A program made the translations under genes and the position numbers. The notes beneath the pieces were generated by a model. The model had not been told where the DNA came from. It saw nothing but the letters and a program-made list of their open reading frames with translations, and ran no database searches. Shown here in pieces: positions 1 through 8,452 of a DNA stretch of 42,216 nucleotides; the stretch's first letter is position 1, and the number at the start of each line of letters is the position of its first letter. The stretch comes from a virus (Duplodnaviria; Caudoviricetes), in the IMG/VR virus record IMGVR_UViG_3300012943_000043, positions 1 to 42,216 of that record. One strand, given 5' to 3'.

Positions 1-531
1 CAGGTAGGCCGAGTCGCAGCCCAGCGTGGACGCATAGCGCTCCAGCGCGTCGAGCTTGTCGACTACTCGAGCCACGAGGGACTCAGTGTCCCCGCGGCTG
101 CCTACTTTCCCGACCTGCAGGTCGGCCCAAGCCACTACCAGAGCACGCCGAGACGTGTTGCGCGGCGGTTGCGCCCCAATCTGAACGGCTTTGACCGCGG
201 TCAGGATGTCTTCGAGGTCCAGCTGGTCCGCGACGGACTCACGGTCGGTGATCGCGAACCGGCAGTAGACGTAGGGCTGCTTCGGGTCGCCCCAGTAGCG
301 CACCTGGGTCAGTTCGACCCGGCGATGCTCCGGGAGCGGCTGGCCTGTGACGCGGGTGATCTCCGCGCGCCACTTCGCCTCGTCCTCGGGGATCTCAGCC
401 AGTTGGACCGTCACCTCGACCGGTTGGCTGGCCTCGTACCGCACGCCCGGCTCGAAGCCCTTGGGGTGCGCAGCGCGGGGGCGGTGGACCGGCGCGGTGG
501 CCGGAGTGCCCAGTCGGTCAGCGAGGCTCAC
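1..531 (-). CDS. Metallophosphoesterase/Mre11-like protein, 3'-truncated by window edge
   Basis: Not in ORF track; manual translation from GTG 531 (RBS AAGGAGGAG) gives MSLADRLG...RALVVAWADLQVGKVGSRGD...AYL, open to base 1; beta-strand plus D-x-Q-x-G resembles calcineurin-like motif I. Confidence 0.65.
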   Translation of the reverse strand, partial: MSLADRLGTPATAPVHRPRAAHPKGFEPGVRYEASQPVEVTVQLAEIPEDEAKWRAEITRVTGQPLPEHRRVELTQVRYWGDPKQPYVYCRFAITDRESVADQLDLEDILTAVKAVQIGAQPPRNTSRRALVVAWADLQVGKVGSRGDTESLVARVVDKLDALERYASTLGCDSAYL

Positions 532-751
532 AGCAGCACTCCTCCTTGCGGTGCCGGAGCACGGTCGTGTGACCCAACTCGTGGCCCTCGGCCCGGAGGT
601 CGCGGAGGATGTCCGAAGTGGTCAGGCTGTCCCCGGCGAGCGCGGCCTCGAGGGCGGCTCGGTCCCGGTCGGACAGCCTGGGTAGAAGGCGCCCGACCGC
701 GCAGGGCCTCTTGGCCGCACGGGGGCTGCTCAGTCGCTCAGCGAGCGGCAT
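518..751 (-). CDS. Small putative Zn-binding/HTH-like phage protein (77 aa)
   Basis: ATG 751 with GGAGG RBS; CAVG...RHRKEECCC pattern; overlaps next gene. Confidence 0.7.
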   Translation of the reverse strand: MPLAERLSSPRAAKRPCAVGRLLPRLSDRDRAALEAALAGDSLTTSDILRDLRAEGHELGHTTVLRHRKEECCCEPR

Positions 752-774
752 GGAGTCCTCCAGACATGGAGAAG

Positions 775-812
775 GCCCCGAGACTGCCGTTACCGGTCTC
801 ACGTCTCGGGGC
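775..812 (-). terminator. Stem-loop, possible terminator/attenuator
   Basis: 10-bp perfect inverted repeat GCCCCGAGAC/GTCTCGGGGC followed on minus strand by CTTCT (weak U tract). Confidence 0.5.
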
Positions 813-830
813 ACTTCCCCAACATGGATG

Positions 831-859
831 AATGTACGTCAACAGCGGGCATATGTCAA
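831..859 (-). promoter_or_regulatory. SigA/HrdB-type promoter
   Basis: TTGACA (859-854), 17-nt spacer, TACATT (836-831); palindrome GCTTATATAAGC at 865-876 just upstream. Confidence 0.7.
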
Positions 860-876
860 GCCCGGCTTATATAAGC

Positions 877-1623
877 TCAGGCTGCGGTCTCGGCCACAAC
901 CGCGACCACGTCCCCGAGGCGGTAGGTCGGCCTGCGGCCCTCGGTGCGCGCGAGGCGGCCCCGTCCGGCCCACACGCTGAGGGCCCGCGGGTTGACCTTG
1001 ACGCCCAGGGCTCCGAGGATGCGCGCGGCGTCGGCGGCGGTCTCGTGCCGGTCCTCCAGCTGGCGCAGCAACAGGTCTCGTTGACCTCGGACGTCGTGCC
1101 CGGTCTCGCACCACCGGCAGGTCGCCGACGTCGCGCCTGGCCGCGCGTAGAGCACCGCGCCGCAGCACCAGCCGGCGAAGACCCGGTCCGGTGGCCGGTC
1201 GATCGCGCGGACCGCCCCCCAGACCGCGTTGGTGATCTCCTCGCAGAGGTCGTCGGCGGCTGGGTGGTGCCGGACGGCGCCCTCGTGCTCGAGCAGCCAA
1301 CGGGCGGCGTCAGAGATCACGTCCCGGTCCACTGTGGTCGGCAGCGCGGCCCCGGAGCGCTCGGCCGCGTCCCGCGCCCAGCTGCCGAGGAAGTGCCGCA
1401 GCTCGGTCCGGGCCAACGAGGCGGTGCCGTTGAACGGGAGCGGGGTCTCCTTGTGGCCGGAGCTGCCTACGCTGCTCGCCACTACCTTGTCCTGCCGGGT
1501 GATGGTCACCTCGAGCTCGTCGACCAGGCCGGGCACCTCGCGGAGCCGCACGGCGAGCCTGTCCCAGCACTCGCCGCACAGCCGTTCCGCTTCGGCCACG
1601 CAGGTAGCTGCGCAGTCGGTCAA
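877..1623 (-). CDS. Zn-ribbon + C-terminal HTH protein, putative transcription regulator
   Basis: TTG 1623 after GAGGAGG RBS; CxxC pairs (CGEC, CRWC); C-terminal TAADAARILG...ALSVWAGRG...YRLGDV MerR/Xis-like HTH. Confidence 0.7.
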   Translation of the reverse strand: MTDCAATCVAEAERLCGECWDRLAVRLREVPGLVDELEVTITRQDKVVASSVGSSGHKETPLPFNGTASLARTELRHFLGSWARDAAERSGAALPTTVDRDVISDAARWLLEHEGAVRHHPAADDLCEEITNAVWGAVRAIDRPPDRVFAGWCCGAVLYARPGATSATCRWCETGHDVRGQRDLLLRQLEDRHETAADAARILGALGVKVNPRALSVWAGRGRLARTEGRRPTYRLGDVVAVVAETAA

Positions 1624-1633
1624 TGTGTCCTCC

Positions 1634-4600
1634 TCAGACAGCGTCGGGCCACGAGACCCAGGGGTCGTCGGCCTCAACTTTGATCTTGACTCCGAAGAGC
1701 TCGGTCTCCATGCACCGGACCAGCTCGGCCGTGGCCTCCTGCGCCTCGGCCTCCGGCACCATGACGATCAGCTCGTCGTGGACCGGCAGGAGCGTGCAGG
1801 TACCCCAGCGGGTGTCCTGCCACCGGACGAGGGCGTCGACCAGCAGCTCGCGGGCTGAGCCCTGGATGAGGTAGTTCGGGGCCTTGTGCGGCATCTCGGG
1901 GTCGAGGTGGATCACCCGGCCCGAGTAGCTCTGGTACTGCCGCATACCGGCGCGCACCTGCCGCTTGATCTGCTCGGCCCAGGCGGCAGCGCCGGGGGCC
2001 AGGGCGTCGAGCATCTCGACGATCGCGGCGGCCTGGGACTCGGGGATGCCGAGGGTCTGGGCGATCTTCCGCACGGACGCCCCGTAGAACTTCCCGAAGA
2101 CACCCCGCTTGGCGTGGTATCGGTTGGCCTTGGTGGCGTCAGGCCCCCACACCTCGCGAGCGATCTTCCAGTGCAGACCCACCCCGCGCTGCTTCTCCTC
2201 CTCGGTGGCGTTGTCCTCCTCCACGATGTAGCGCTGGAGGTCAGCGCAACCCGCCAGCGAGGCCAGCACCCGTAGCTCGACGCCGGAGAAGTCGGCACCG
2301 ATGCCGCGGTAGCCCGGGTCGGTCGTCCAGCACGCCCGGAAGAGGCCCTTCTGCGGGATCTGCTGGGCGTTGGGCCGGACGCTCGACATGCGCCCGGTGT
2401 CGGCGGCGAGGGTGTAGATCGTCGGCCGGGCCCGTCCGTCACCGTTGGCCACGAGATCGGCGTAGGGCTCGAGGAACGCCGAGACCGCCTTGTCGTGGTG
2501 GCGGTAGTCGAGCACCGCCCGGACCAGCTCGCCCGCCTGCCCGTCGGTATCCCGCATCCCTTCGAGCACCTCGGCAGCGACGCTTGGCTTGCCGGTGGCG
2601 GTCGCGGGCAGCACCGCGCCGAACTCGATCAGTCGGTTGCCGACCTGCATCGCCGAGCCGGGGTTGTCGATCCCGAACCCGCGGACCCGCTCGGCGGCGG
2701 TGTCGCGCTCGGTCCGGTGCGTGTCGAGCAGCCCGTCGATATGCGGCCCGTCGAGCGGCCACCCGCGGAACGCCACCCGCGCGGTCATCCGCTGGGCGGT
2801 GCGCTCGCGCTCGAGCACCCGGGCATCCGGCCAGGGCAACGTGAGCGCGAGGGCTGCGGTGTCGAGTACGTCGCTCGCGGCGTAGCGGATCATCGTCTCG
2901 TGGCCGTAGCTGACCTGAGACCAGCCCGAGGACGCCGACCACTTGCCGGCCTTGAACAGCGCGGCGCGGGCGGCGTCGGCGGCCGGCGCCACGGCCACGT
3001 CCCCGAGCACGGCACCCGAGAGCGCCTTCAGTCCGGGGTCGCTTCCCGTCGACTGCGGGTCGGCCAGCTTGGACGGGATCACGGTGTCGTGCATCCGCGC
3101 CCAGGCCGACTCGATGTCCGGCAGCAGGCCGGCTGCCGCGAGCGGGACCAGGTCAGCCGTTGCCGAGTGGGCGTGCAGGACCGGCGCTTCGTCGAGCAAC
3201 GGCCAGACCTGCGCGACCTGCTCCGGGTCGCCGGCGTCGAAGACCACCGACTCGAGCGCGTCACCCAGCTGGACCGTCCGGAGCACGTGGTCCCGGTGGC
3301 CCACCGGGGCACCGGAGGTCTCGACGTCCACCGTCAGTGCGCCGGAGCGCTTCACCGCAGCGCGGACCCAACGCTCGGCGTACTCGGTGTCGACCGGTCG
3401 GATCGATCCGTCGCGGCCCACCACCGCGGGCAGCTCGACTGCCGGGCCGTTGGCATCCGCGACCGCGGCGAGCCGCTTCTCCTCGGCCGCACGGCGCCGT
3501 GCTTCGGTCTGGGCCGCCTTCCGCGCGGCCTTCTCCTCGTCGGTTAGGGTGCCCTTCCTCGGCTTGGGCACCTCGGACAGTTGGGCCGAACTGTCCGGAG
3601 GGTCGTTTTCGCAGGTCACCCCTCGTGTTTCAGGGGGTGCGGCGGACAGTTGGACCGAAACTCCCCTTTCCCCCAGATTTTCTATGTGTGGTGTAGTAGT
3701 TGAGATCTGAGTGGATCTGGGAAGTAAACTGTCCAACTGTCCGGAACCATCAAAAAGACGATGGTCTACCTGCGAAAACGCCTCCGGACAGTTGCCGGGC
3801 GAACTGTCCGCCAACTGTCCGCCAACTGTCCGGGACCCCTGCTCTTGGTCACGGACCGGCAACGGCGGGGTCACGGCCACCGAGACCGGCCGGTCGGCGA
3901 TCGGCAGCTGCCCGAGCCCGCCTCCGTAGACCAGCCGCAGCGGCCGGGTCACGGCGCCGCTCTTGGTCCGTGGGTAGCCGAGCTCGGTCAGCCGCCTGCC
4001 CCATAGCGTCGTGCTCGGGACGTCCCGGATGGAGAGGCGCCGACACCAGTCGGTGAACGCCTCGTAGAGCGCCATGGCCTTCGTACCGTCGGCGTGCGGC
4101 TCGGTCTCGGACTCGACCCAGGTTCGGACGACGTCCTGCTCCTTGCCGATCTCGTCGGCGAGGTCCCGCACGCCGGCCGGAGCCCGGTCGGTGAGCGCGC
4201 TGTCGGGGTCGGCCAGCCAGAGCCCCGCCTCGCGCATGAGAGCCGCGAGGATCCCCGGGGCCTCCCGCCGCCACGCCGCCCCGCCCACCGGGCCGATGGC
4301 CGCGCGCCGGGCCCGTACCTCCGCGGGGTCGCCGCTGAAGGGGATGAGCCGGACGCGCCGCCGGAGGCCCTCGTCGGTGAGCTGGGGCTCGTCGTTGGCG
4401 GTGAGCACGAGGGTGTGGGTCGGGCTGAAGGTGATCGGGTTCTCGCGCATCCGGTTGCCGGTGAGCTCGCCGCCGCCGGTCAGCTGCTTGAGCCGCTCGG
4501 TGGCCCACCTGCCGCGCCGCGGCCCCTCGTCGATGAAGGACAGCCGCCGCCCCTTGAGGGCGTAGACGATCGACGCGTGGCTGTTGGAGTCGGCGAGCAG

Positions 4601-6391
4601 CCGGGCGTCGGCGGCGTGCGCGTAGGTCCCGAGCACCGACATGATCAGCTTGATGAGCGACGTCTTGCCGGTGCCGGGCTCGCCCAGCAGGATCGGCAGC
4701 GCGGCGTCCGGGTAGCCGGTCAGTGAGATGGCCAGCACCCGCAGCGCCCAGGCCCGCAGCTCCGGGTCGGGCAGCACCGCGGCGAGGTAGGCGTCCCAGA
4801 GCGGCGTTCCTTGCACTCTGGGCGTAAGGGACGCTGCGTGCAGGTGCGGGGTCCCGGGGTCGAGGTCCAGTTCGGACAGCTCGGTACCCCGCAGATCCCA
4901 CGCCTGCCCGCCCGCCCAGAGGATGAACGGCTCGGCGTCGAGGTCGGTCAGCCGCACCCGCAGCGGGCTCCCCGGGTCGCGGGCGAGCGCCTTCATCTGG
5001 GTGGCGACCGCGCCGGCCGACGACGAGGTCATGAACCGCTTGCGCCGGTCGGCCTGGAGCTGCTCCGGGCTGCCCTTCTCGGCCTCGGTGCTGCCCCGCG
5101 GCATGAGCTGGGCCACCTGCGCGACGACCGTACCGGCGTAGTCCTTGCCCGCGGTCTCCCACAGCTCCGGCCCCCGGCGCAGCCAGGTGTCGGCGTCGTC
5201 GGCGAAGCGCAGGGCCGGGGCCATCCGCTCGAGCACTGCCGCCGCGAGGGTCAGGTCGAGCCCGGCGTTGGGGTCGAACGGCTCGGCGCCGATGACCTCG
5301 CGGACGGACCAGACCTGCATGGGCTGCAGCTCCTCGACGACACCTGCAGCTGCGGGCTCGACGGGCAGCCCCTGCAGGTCCGGAGCCGGGGCAGCCACCT
5401 GCAGCGCGTCGGCCATCAGGCAGGGGTCCACCGGGATCTGGCGGGTGCCCCACTCGGTGACGGCCTTGCGCGCGGAGGTCAGGGCCCGCCGGGCGTGCTC
5501 CTCGTCGCGGTCCTCGCCGGGCGCGATCTCGGTCGACCACACCTCGGCGATCTCGGCGAGCACCAGCCCGGCGCCGGGGTGACCGGCAGACCCGAGCATG
5601 ACCAGGTGGTGCACGCGCTCGGTGGCGGTGTCGTGCCGGGAGCCCGAGTCGGCCGCGCGCATGAGCTCCAGAGCCCGGGTGCGGGCGTTGGCCATCTCGA
5701 CGCACGGCGGCCGGTCGTCGGCCTCCAGCTCGCGGAGCAGGCCGTAGCCCTCCCCCACGCCCGCGGCTGCTGGGCCCGCCTCGGTTGCGCCTTCGCGGAG
5801 GTGCTCGACCCACGCCTCGGGCAACTCGGGCAGCGCGTCGATGTAGGGCGGCATCACACCGTCCACGCGGGACATGCCGCCGTCGAACGGAGCACTCCAG
5901 CTGTAGGCCCCGGTGGGTGCGCCGAACGCCTCGGGGTCCTTGGCCTCGTGCGGCGATGGCATGACGACGGCGTATCGGTGGTGCCGCTGGATGATCTCGA
6001 TGGAGTCCGACAGCTTGGTCCGGTAGCGCCCGGCCGGGACGTGGTAGAACCGGATGCCGCTCGGGGCGGGCCGGGCCGAGCTGACCCACGTCGGCGGCAG
6101 CTGGCCGAGCTTGGCCTCCAGTTCCGCGATGTGGTCGCCGCCGCGCTTCTGGACCTCGCCTTTGTCGTAGTGGTCGACGTCGATGCCGATGACGCCGTCG
6201 GGCATCCGCAGCGCGACCGACCAGTCCGCCTTGGTGGTGGCCCACTCCACGTACTGCTCGGGGGTCGGGTCCTGCCCGTCCGCGCCGGTGTACCCGACGG
6301 GCGGCGGGTGCTTGGTATCGGGCGGCACCGGCATCACGCAGCGCCAGCCGGCTTGGACATAGGGCACGACGGCGTCGCTGAACACACCCAC
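1634..6391 (-). CDS. Fused bifunctional primase-polymerase / D5-like SF3 helicase / family A DNA polymerase
   Basis: N-terminal AEP motif GIDVD; Walker A GEPGTGKT, Walker B FIDE, LKQLTGG and LTAN (D5/P4-alpha type); exonuclease DVET and YAASD; PolA motifs GADFSGVELRVLA, RYHAKRGVFGKFYG, NYLIQGSA, LPVHDEL; single 1585-aa frame. Confidence 0.92.
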   Translation of the reverse strand: MGVFSDAVVPYVQAGWRCVMPVPPDTKHPPPVGYTGADGQDPTPEQYVEWATTKADWSVALRMPDGVIGIDVDHYDKGEVQKRGGDHIAELEAKLGQLPPTWVSSARPAPSGIRFYHVPAGRYRTKLSDSIEIIQRHHRYAVVMPSPHEAKDPEAFGAPTGAYSWSAPFDGGMSRVDGVMPPYIDALPELPEAWVEHLREGATEAGPAAAGVGEGYGLLRELEADDRPPCVEMANARTRALELMRAADSGSRHDTATERVHHLVMLGSAGHPGAGLVLAEIAEVWSTEIAPGEDRDEEHARRALTSARKAVTEWGTRQIPVDPCLMADALQVAAPAPDLQGLPVEPAAAGVVEELQPMQVWSVREVIGAEPFDPNAGLDLTLAAAVLERMAPALRFADDADTWLRRGPELWETAGKDYAGTVVAQVAQLMPRGSTEAEKGSPEQLQADRRKRFMTSSSAGAVATQMKALARDPGSPLRVRLTDLDAEPFILWAGGQAWDLRGTELSELDLDPGTPHLHAASLTPRVQGTPLWDAYLAAVLPDPELRAWALRVLAISLTGYPDAALPILLGEPGTGKTSLIKLIMSVLGTYAHAADARLLADSNSHASIVYALKGRRLSFIDEGPRRGRWATERLKQLTGGGELTGNRMRENPITFSPTHTLVLTANDEPQLTDEGLRRRVRLIPFSGDPAEVRARRAAIGPVGGAAWRREAPGILAALMREAGLWLADPDSALTDRAPAGVRDLADEIGKEQDVVRTWVESETEPHADGTKAMALYEAFTDWCRRLSIRDVPSTTLWGRRLTELGYPRTKSGAVTRPLRLVYGGGLGQLPIADRPVSVAVTPPLPVRDQEQGSRTVGGQLADSSPGNCPEAFSQVDHRLFDGSGQLDSLLPRSTQISTTTPHIENLGERGVSVQLSAAPPETRGVTCENDPPDSSAQLSEVPKPRKGTLTDEEKAARKAAQTEARRRAAEEKRLAAVADANGPAVELPAVVGRDGSIRPVDTEYAERWVRAAVKRSGALTVDVETSGAPVGHRDHVLRTVQLGDALESVVFDAGDPEQVAQVWPLLDEAPVLHAHSATADLVPLAAAGLLPDIESAWARMHDTVIPSKLADPQSTGSDPGLKALSGAVLGDVAVAPAADAARAALFKAGKWSASSGWSQVSYGHETMIRYAASDVLDTAALALTLPWPDARVLERERTAQRMTARVAFRGWPLDGPHIDGLLDTHRTERDTAAERVRGFGIDNPGSAMQVGNRLIEFGAVLPATATGKPSVAAEVLEGMRDTDGQAGELVRAVLDYRHHDKAVSAFLEPYADLVANGDGRARPTIYTLAADTGRMSSVRPNAQQIPQKGLFRACWTTDPGYRGIGADFSGVELRVLASLAGCADLQRYIVEEDNATEEEKQRGVGLHWKIAREVWGPDATKANRYHAKRGVFGKFYGASVRKIAQTLGIPESQAAAIVEMLDALAPGAAAWAEQIKRQVRAGMRQYQSYSGRVIHLDPEMPHKAPNYLIQGSARELLVDALVRWQDTRWGTCTLLPVHDELIVMVPEAEAQEATAELVRCMETELFGVKIKVEADDPWVSWPDAV
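3574..3831. repeat. Iteron-like array and AT-rich core, putative replication origin
   Basis: Nine AACTGTCC copies (forward 3589, 3727, 3735, 3802, 3813, 3824; reverse 3575, 3644, 3786); 13-bp perfect inverted repeat CGTTTTCGCAGGT 3604-3616 / 3768-3780; AT-richer centre ~3660-3760. Confidence 0.75.
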
Positions 6392-6427
6392 GCGGGCGCT
6401 CCTCTGTGTAGTTGTCGGGGCAGGAGG

Positions 6428-6988
6428 TCAGGACAGCCAGCCGTCCACAACGGACAGCGCCCGGGCCTGAAGCTCCACGGCCGTGCCGTCGTTGGTGAGC
6501 TCGACGTCGCACCGGATGCGGGCCTGCTCGGTCTCGGAGACGTGCGTGTCGGACAGGTCGAGGCCCGGCCGGGTGACGCGGATCAGGGTCGTCGGCACGG
6601 CCCAGCCTTGGATCAGCTTGGCTTCGTTGAGGAAGCGGACGTCCGGCACCACGACTCGCGTGTGGAAGGGCAGGCTCCGAACCTTGCGGGCCCACGCCCT
6701 CGTCCACGCGTCAATGCCGACGGTGTCCCGCACGCCGGTGCCCAGCTCCTGGAGGAATCGCCGCACCTCGGGGTGGCCCTTGGCTTTCTCCCAGCCGTAG
6801 TCGTCGACAGTGCCACGTAGGCGGACTGATCCGAATGCGTCGTAAGTGATGTTCGGGTTGATCCGCAGGGCCAAGTCCTTGACGGCGTCCGCGAACCCGA
6901 CGCGCACGAAGCCGCGCTGCTCGACGAGGGCCGCCGCCGCGGTGTCCTTGCCGGACCGCTTGGGGCCGACGAGACCGACGATTTTCAC
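6428..6988 (-). CDS. Deoxynucleoside monophosphate kinase
   Basis: IVGLVGPKRSGKDT P-loop, FADAVK, RRFLQELGT, DVRFLNE, HVSE motifs. Confidence 0.9.
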   Translation of the reverse strand: MKIVGLVGPKRSGKDTAAAALVEQRGFVRVGFADAVKDLALRINPNITYDAFGSVRLRGTVDDYGWEKAKGHPEVRRFLQELGTGVRDTVGIDAWTRAWARKVRSLPFHTRVVVPDVRFLNEAKLIQGWAVPTTLIRVTRPGLDLSDTHVSETEQARIRCDVELTNDGTAVELQARALSVVDGWLS

Positions 6989-7146
6989 CTGGCCTCCCGC
7001 TCGGTGTCGATGAAGCCGTCAGCCTTCAGCACGGCAACGGTGGTGTAGACCGTCTGCGTCACGAGCCGCGAACGGTCGTTGGCCGGGTGGCCTTCGTTCA
7101 GCTGGTCCACCACCCGACGCAACAGGTCATCCAAACTCAGTGTCAC
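6985..7146 (-). CDS. Hypothetical protein (53 aa)
   Basis: Manual translation VTLSLDDLLRRVVDQ...EREAR; GTGA overlaps at both ends fill the gap exactly. Confidence 0.65.
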   Translation of the reverse strand: MTLSLDDLLRRVVDQLNEGHPANDRSRLVTQTVYTTVAVLKADGFIDTEREAR

Positions 7147-7616
7147 GTTCTCTCCCTTGTGGACAGTGGGTCGGGCAGGCCGAGGTCCCGGACCGCCGCG
7201 TACAGGGCGTGCCTGGCGGCGTCGCGGGCGTGGCCCATTCCCTTGGTGGGGGCCAGAAGCCCGGCCGCGTCGAGCCTGCGGTCGGTGGCCCAGGGCTTGA
7301 CGGTCCCGGCCGGCCGCTGCACGAACCGCACGCCGTGCTCCTGGCAGAGCTGGGCCACGCCGCCGATGATCAGGCGGGCCGCCTCCCCGGCCTGGGCGGT
7401 CTTGCTGCGGCCGGAGCGCCGGGACACGACGAACTTCTCGATGGCCACGAGGTCGAGGTGGCCGTGCTCAAGGCACCAACGCACCCATGCAAGAACCTCA
7501 TCCGTCGCTGTCAGTTGCCCGGGATGTAGCTCCCACGGTCCGATCTGCCCTTGCCAGTAGGTGAGGGACACCCAGCCCGTGGTGCCGCCGGGGTCGATGC
7601 CGAGGACGCGGATCAC
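7143..7616 (-). CDS. RuvC-like Holliday junction resolvase
   Basis: VLGIDPGGTTG, VAIE and HARDAARHA catalytic motifs. Confidence 0.85.
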   Translation of the reverse strand: MIRVLGIDPGGTTGWVSLTYWQGQIGPWELHPGQLTATDEVLAWVRWCLEHGHLDLVAIEKFVVSRRSGRSKTAQAGEAARLIIGGVAQLCQEHGVRFVQRPAGTVKPWATDRRLDAAGLLAPTKGMGHARDAARHALYAAVRDLGLPDPLSTRERT

Positions 7617-8452
7617 GCGGCACCTTCAGCCCGGCACCAGGCACGCCAATTACCAAACACGTCCCGGCCGGCAGTGTGTCCGTCGGTGTCCTTGCCGCAG
7701 CTACCGCACAGCTCGAACTCGAAGGTCGCAGCCAGGAACAGCTGTGCGGCCGCCCTCTCGGCGTACTCCTCGTTGGCCTCGATGCCTACCGCTTGGCGGC
7801 CACGCTGGCGGGCCGTAAGTAGCGTCGAGCCGGACCCCGCGAACGGATCGAGCACCAAGCCGCCGTCGGGCACGGCGTATTCGATCAGCGGAGCGAGCAC
7901 CTCGGTTGGCTTCTGTGTGGGGTGGACCGCGCCGCGCCGCCACATGCTCGCCGCCTTTATGACCGACCGGACAAGTCTCGTCCCGTCGTCGGTCCAGGTG
8001 GCTGACCTGATCTTGCCAGTGTGGGTCTCCCGCCCGCGACCTGCGTTGCCTTTGGTCCGGCGTGCAACGGTGACCCTTGGCGTATTGTGGTGCACCGCCG
8101 ACCACGCACCGCGATAGAAGTGCAGCGCGTGTTCGTGTACCCGCTTGAACCGATCAGCCGCGAATCCGGTGCCGTTGTGCTTTTCCCACACGACGTCCTG
8201 GCTTAGCCGCCAGCTGTTGAACTCGTCCCGACGGTCGAGGAACATGCGCATCGATCCGAAGCACCACATCGACCGCGTGTGCTCAGCGACCACGGTGGGC
8301 CAGCCGTCCGGCCACCTGTCCCAGGCAAGCGAGGTCTCGACGTAGGGCGGGTCGGTGACGCACGCATCGAACTCGCCGAGTTCGGGTAGCACGTCTTCCA
8401 TGCGGCCGAGGTAGAGCGTGACAGCACTGTCGCTGTAGTAAGGTTCGGCCAT
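7613..8452 (-). CDS. DNA N6-adenine/N4-cytosine methyltransferase (beta class), orphan
   Basis: ATG 8452 (MAEPYY); DPPY precedes HPTQKP and VLDPFAGSGST. Confidence 0.92.
   Translation of the reverse strand: MAEPYYSDSAVTLYLGRMEDVLPELGEFDACVTDPPYVETSLAWDRWPDGWPTVVAEHTRSMWCFGSMRMFLDRRDEFNSWRLSQDVVWEKHNGTGFAADRFKRVHEHALHFYRGAWSAVHHNTPRVTVARRTKGNAGRGRETHTGKIRSATWTDDGTRLVRSVIKAASMWRRGAVHPTQKPTEVLAPLIEYAVPDGGLVLDPFAGSGSTLLTARQRGRQAVGIEANEEYAERAAAQLFLAATFEFELCGSCGKDTDGHTAGRDVFGNWRAWCRAEGAA

Noticed and set aside
1634-3400. PolA as a DpoZ-type modified-base polymerase
   Set aside because: No PurZ, DatZ or other base-modification genes recognised in the window
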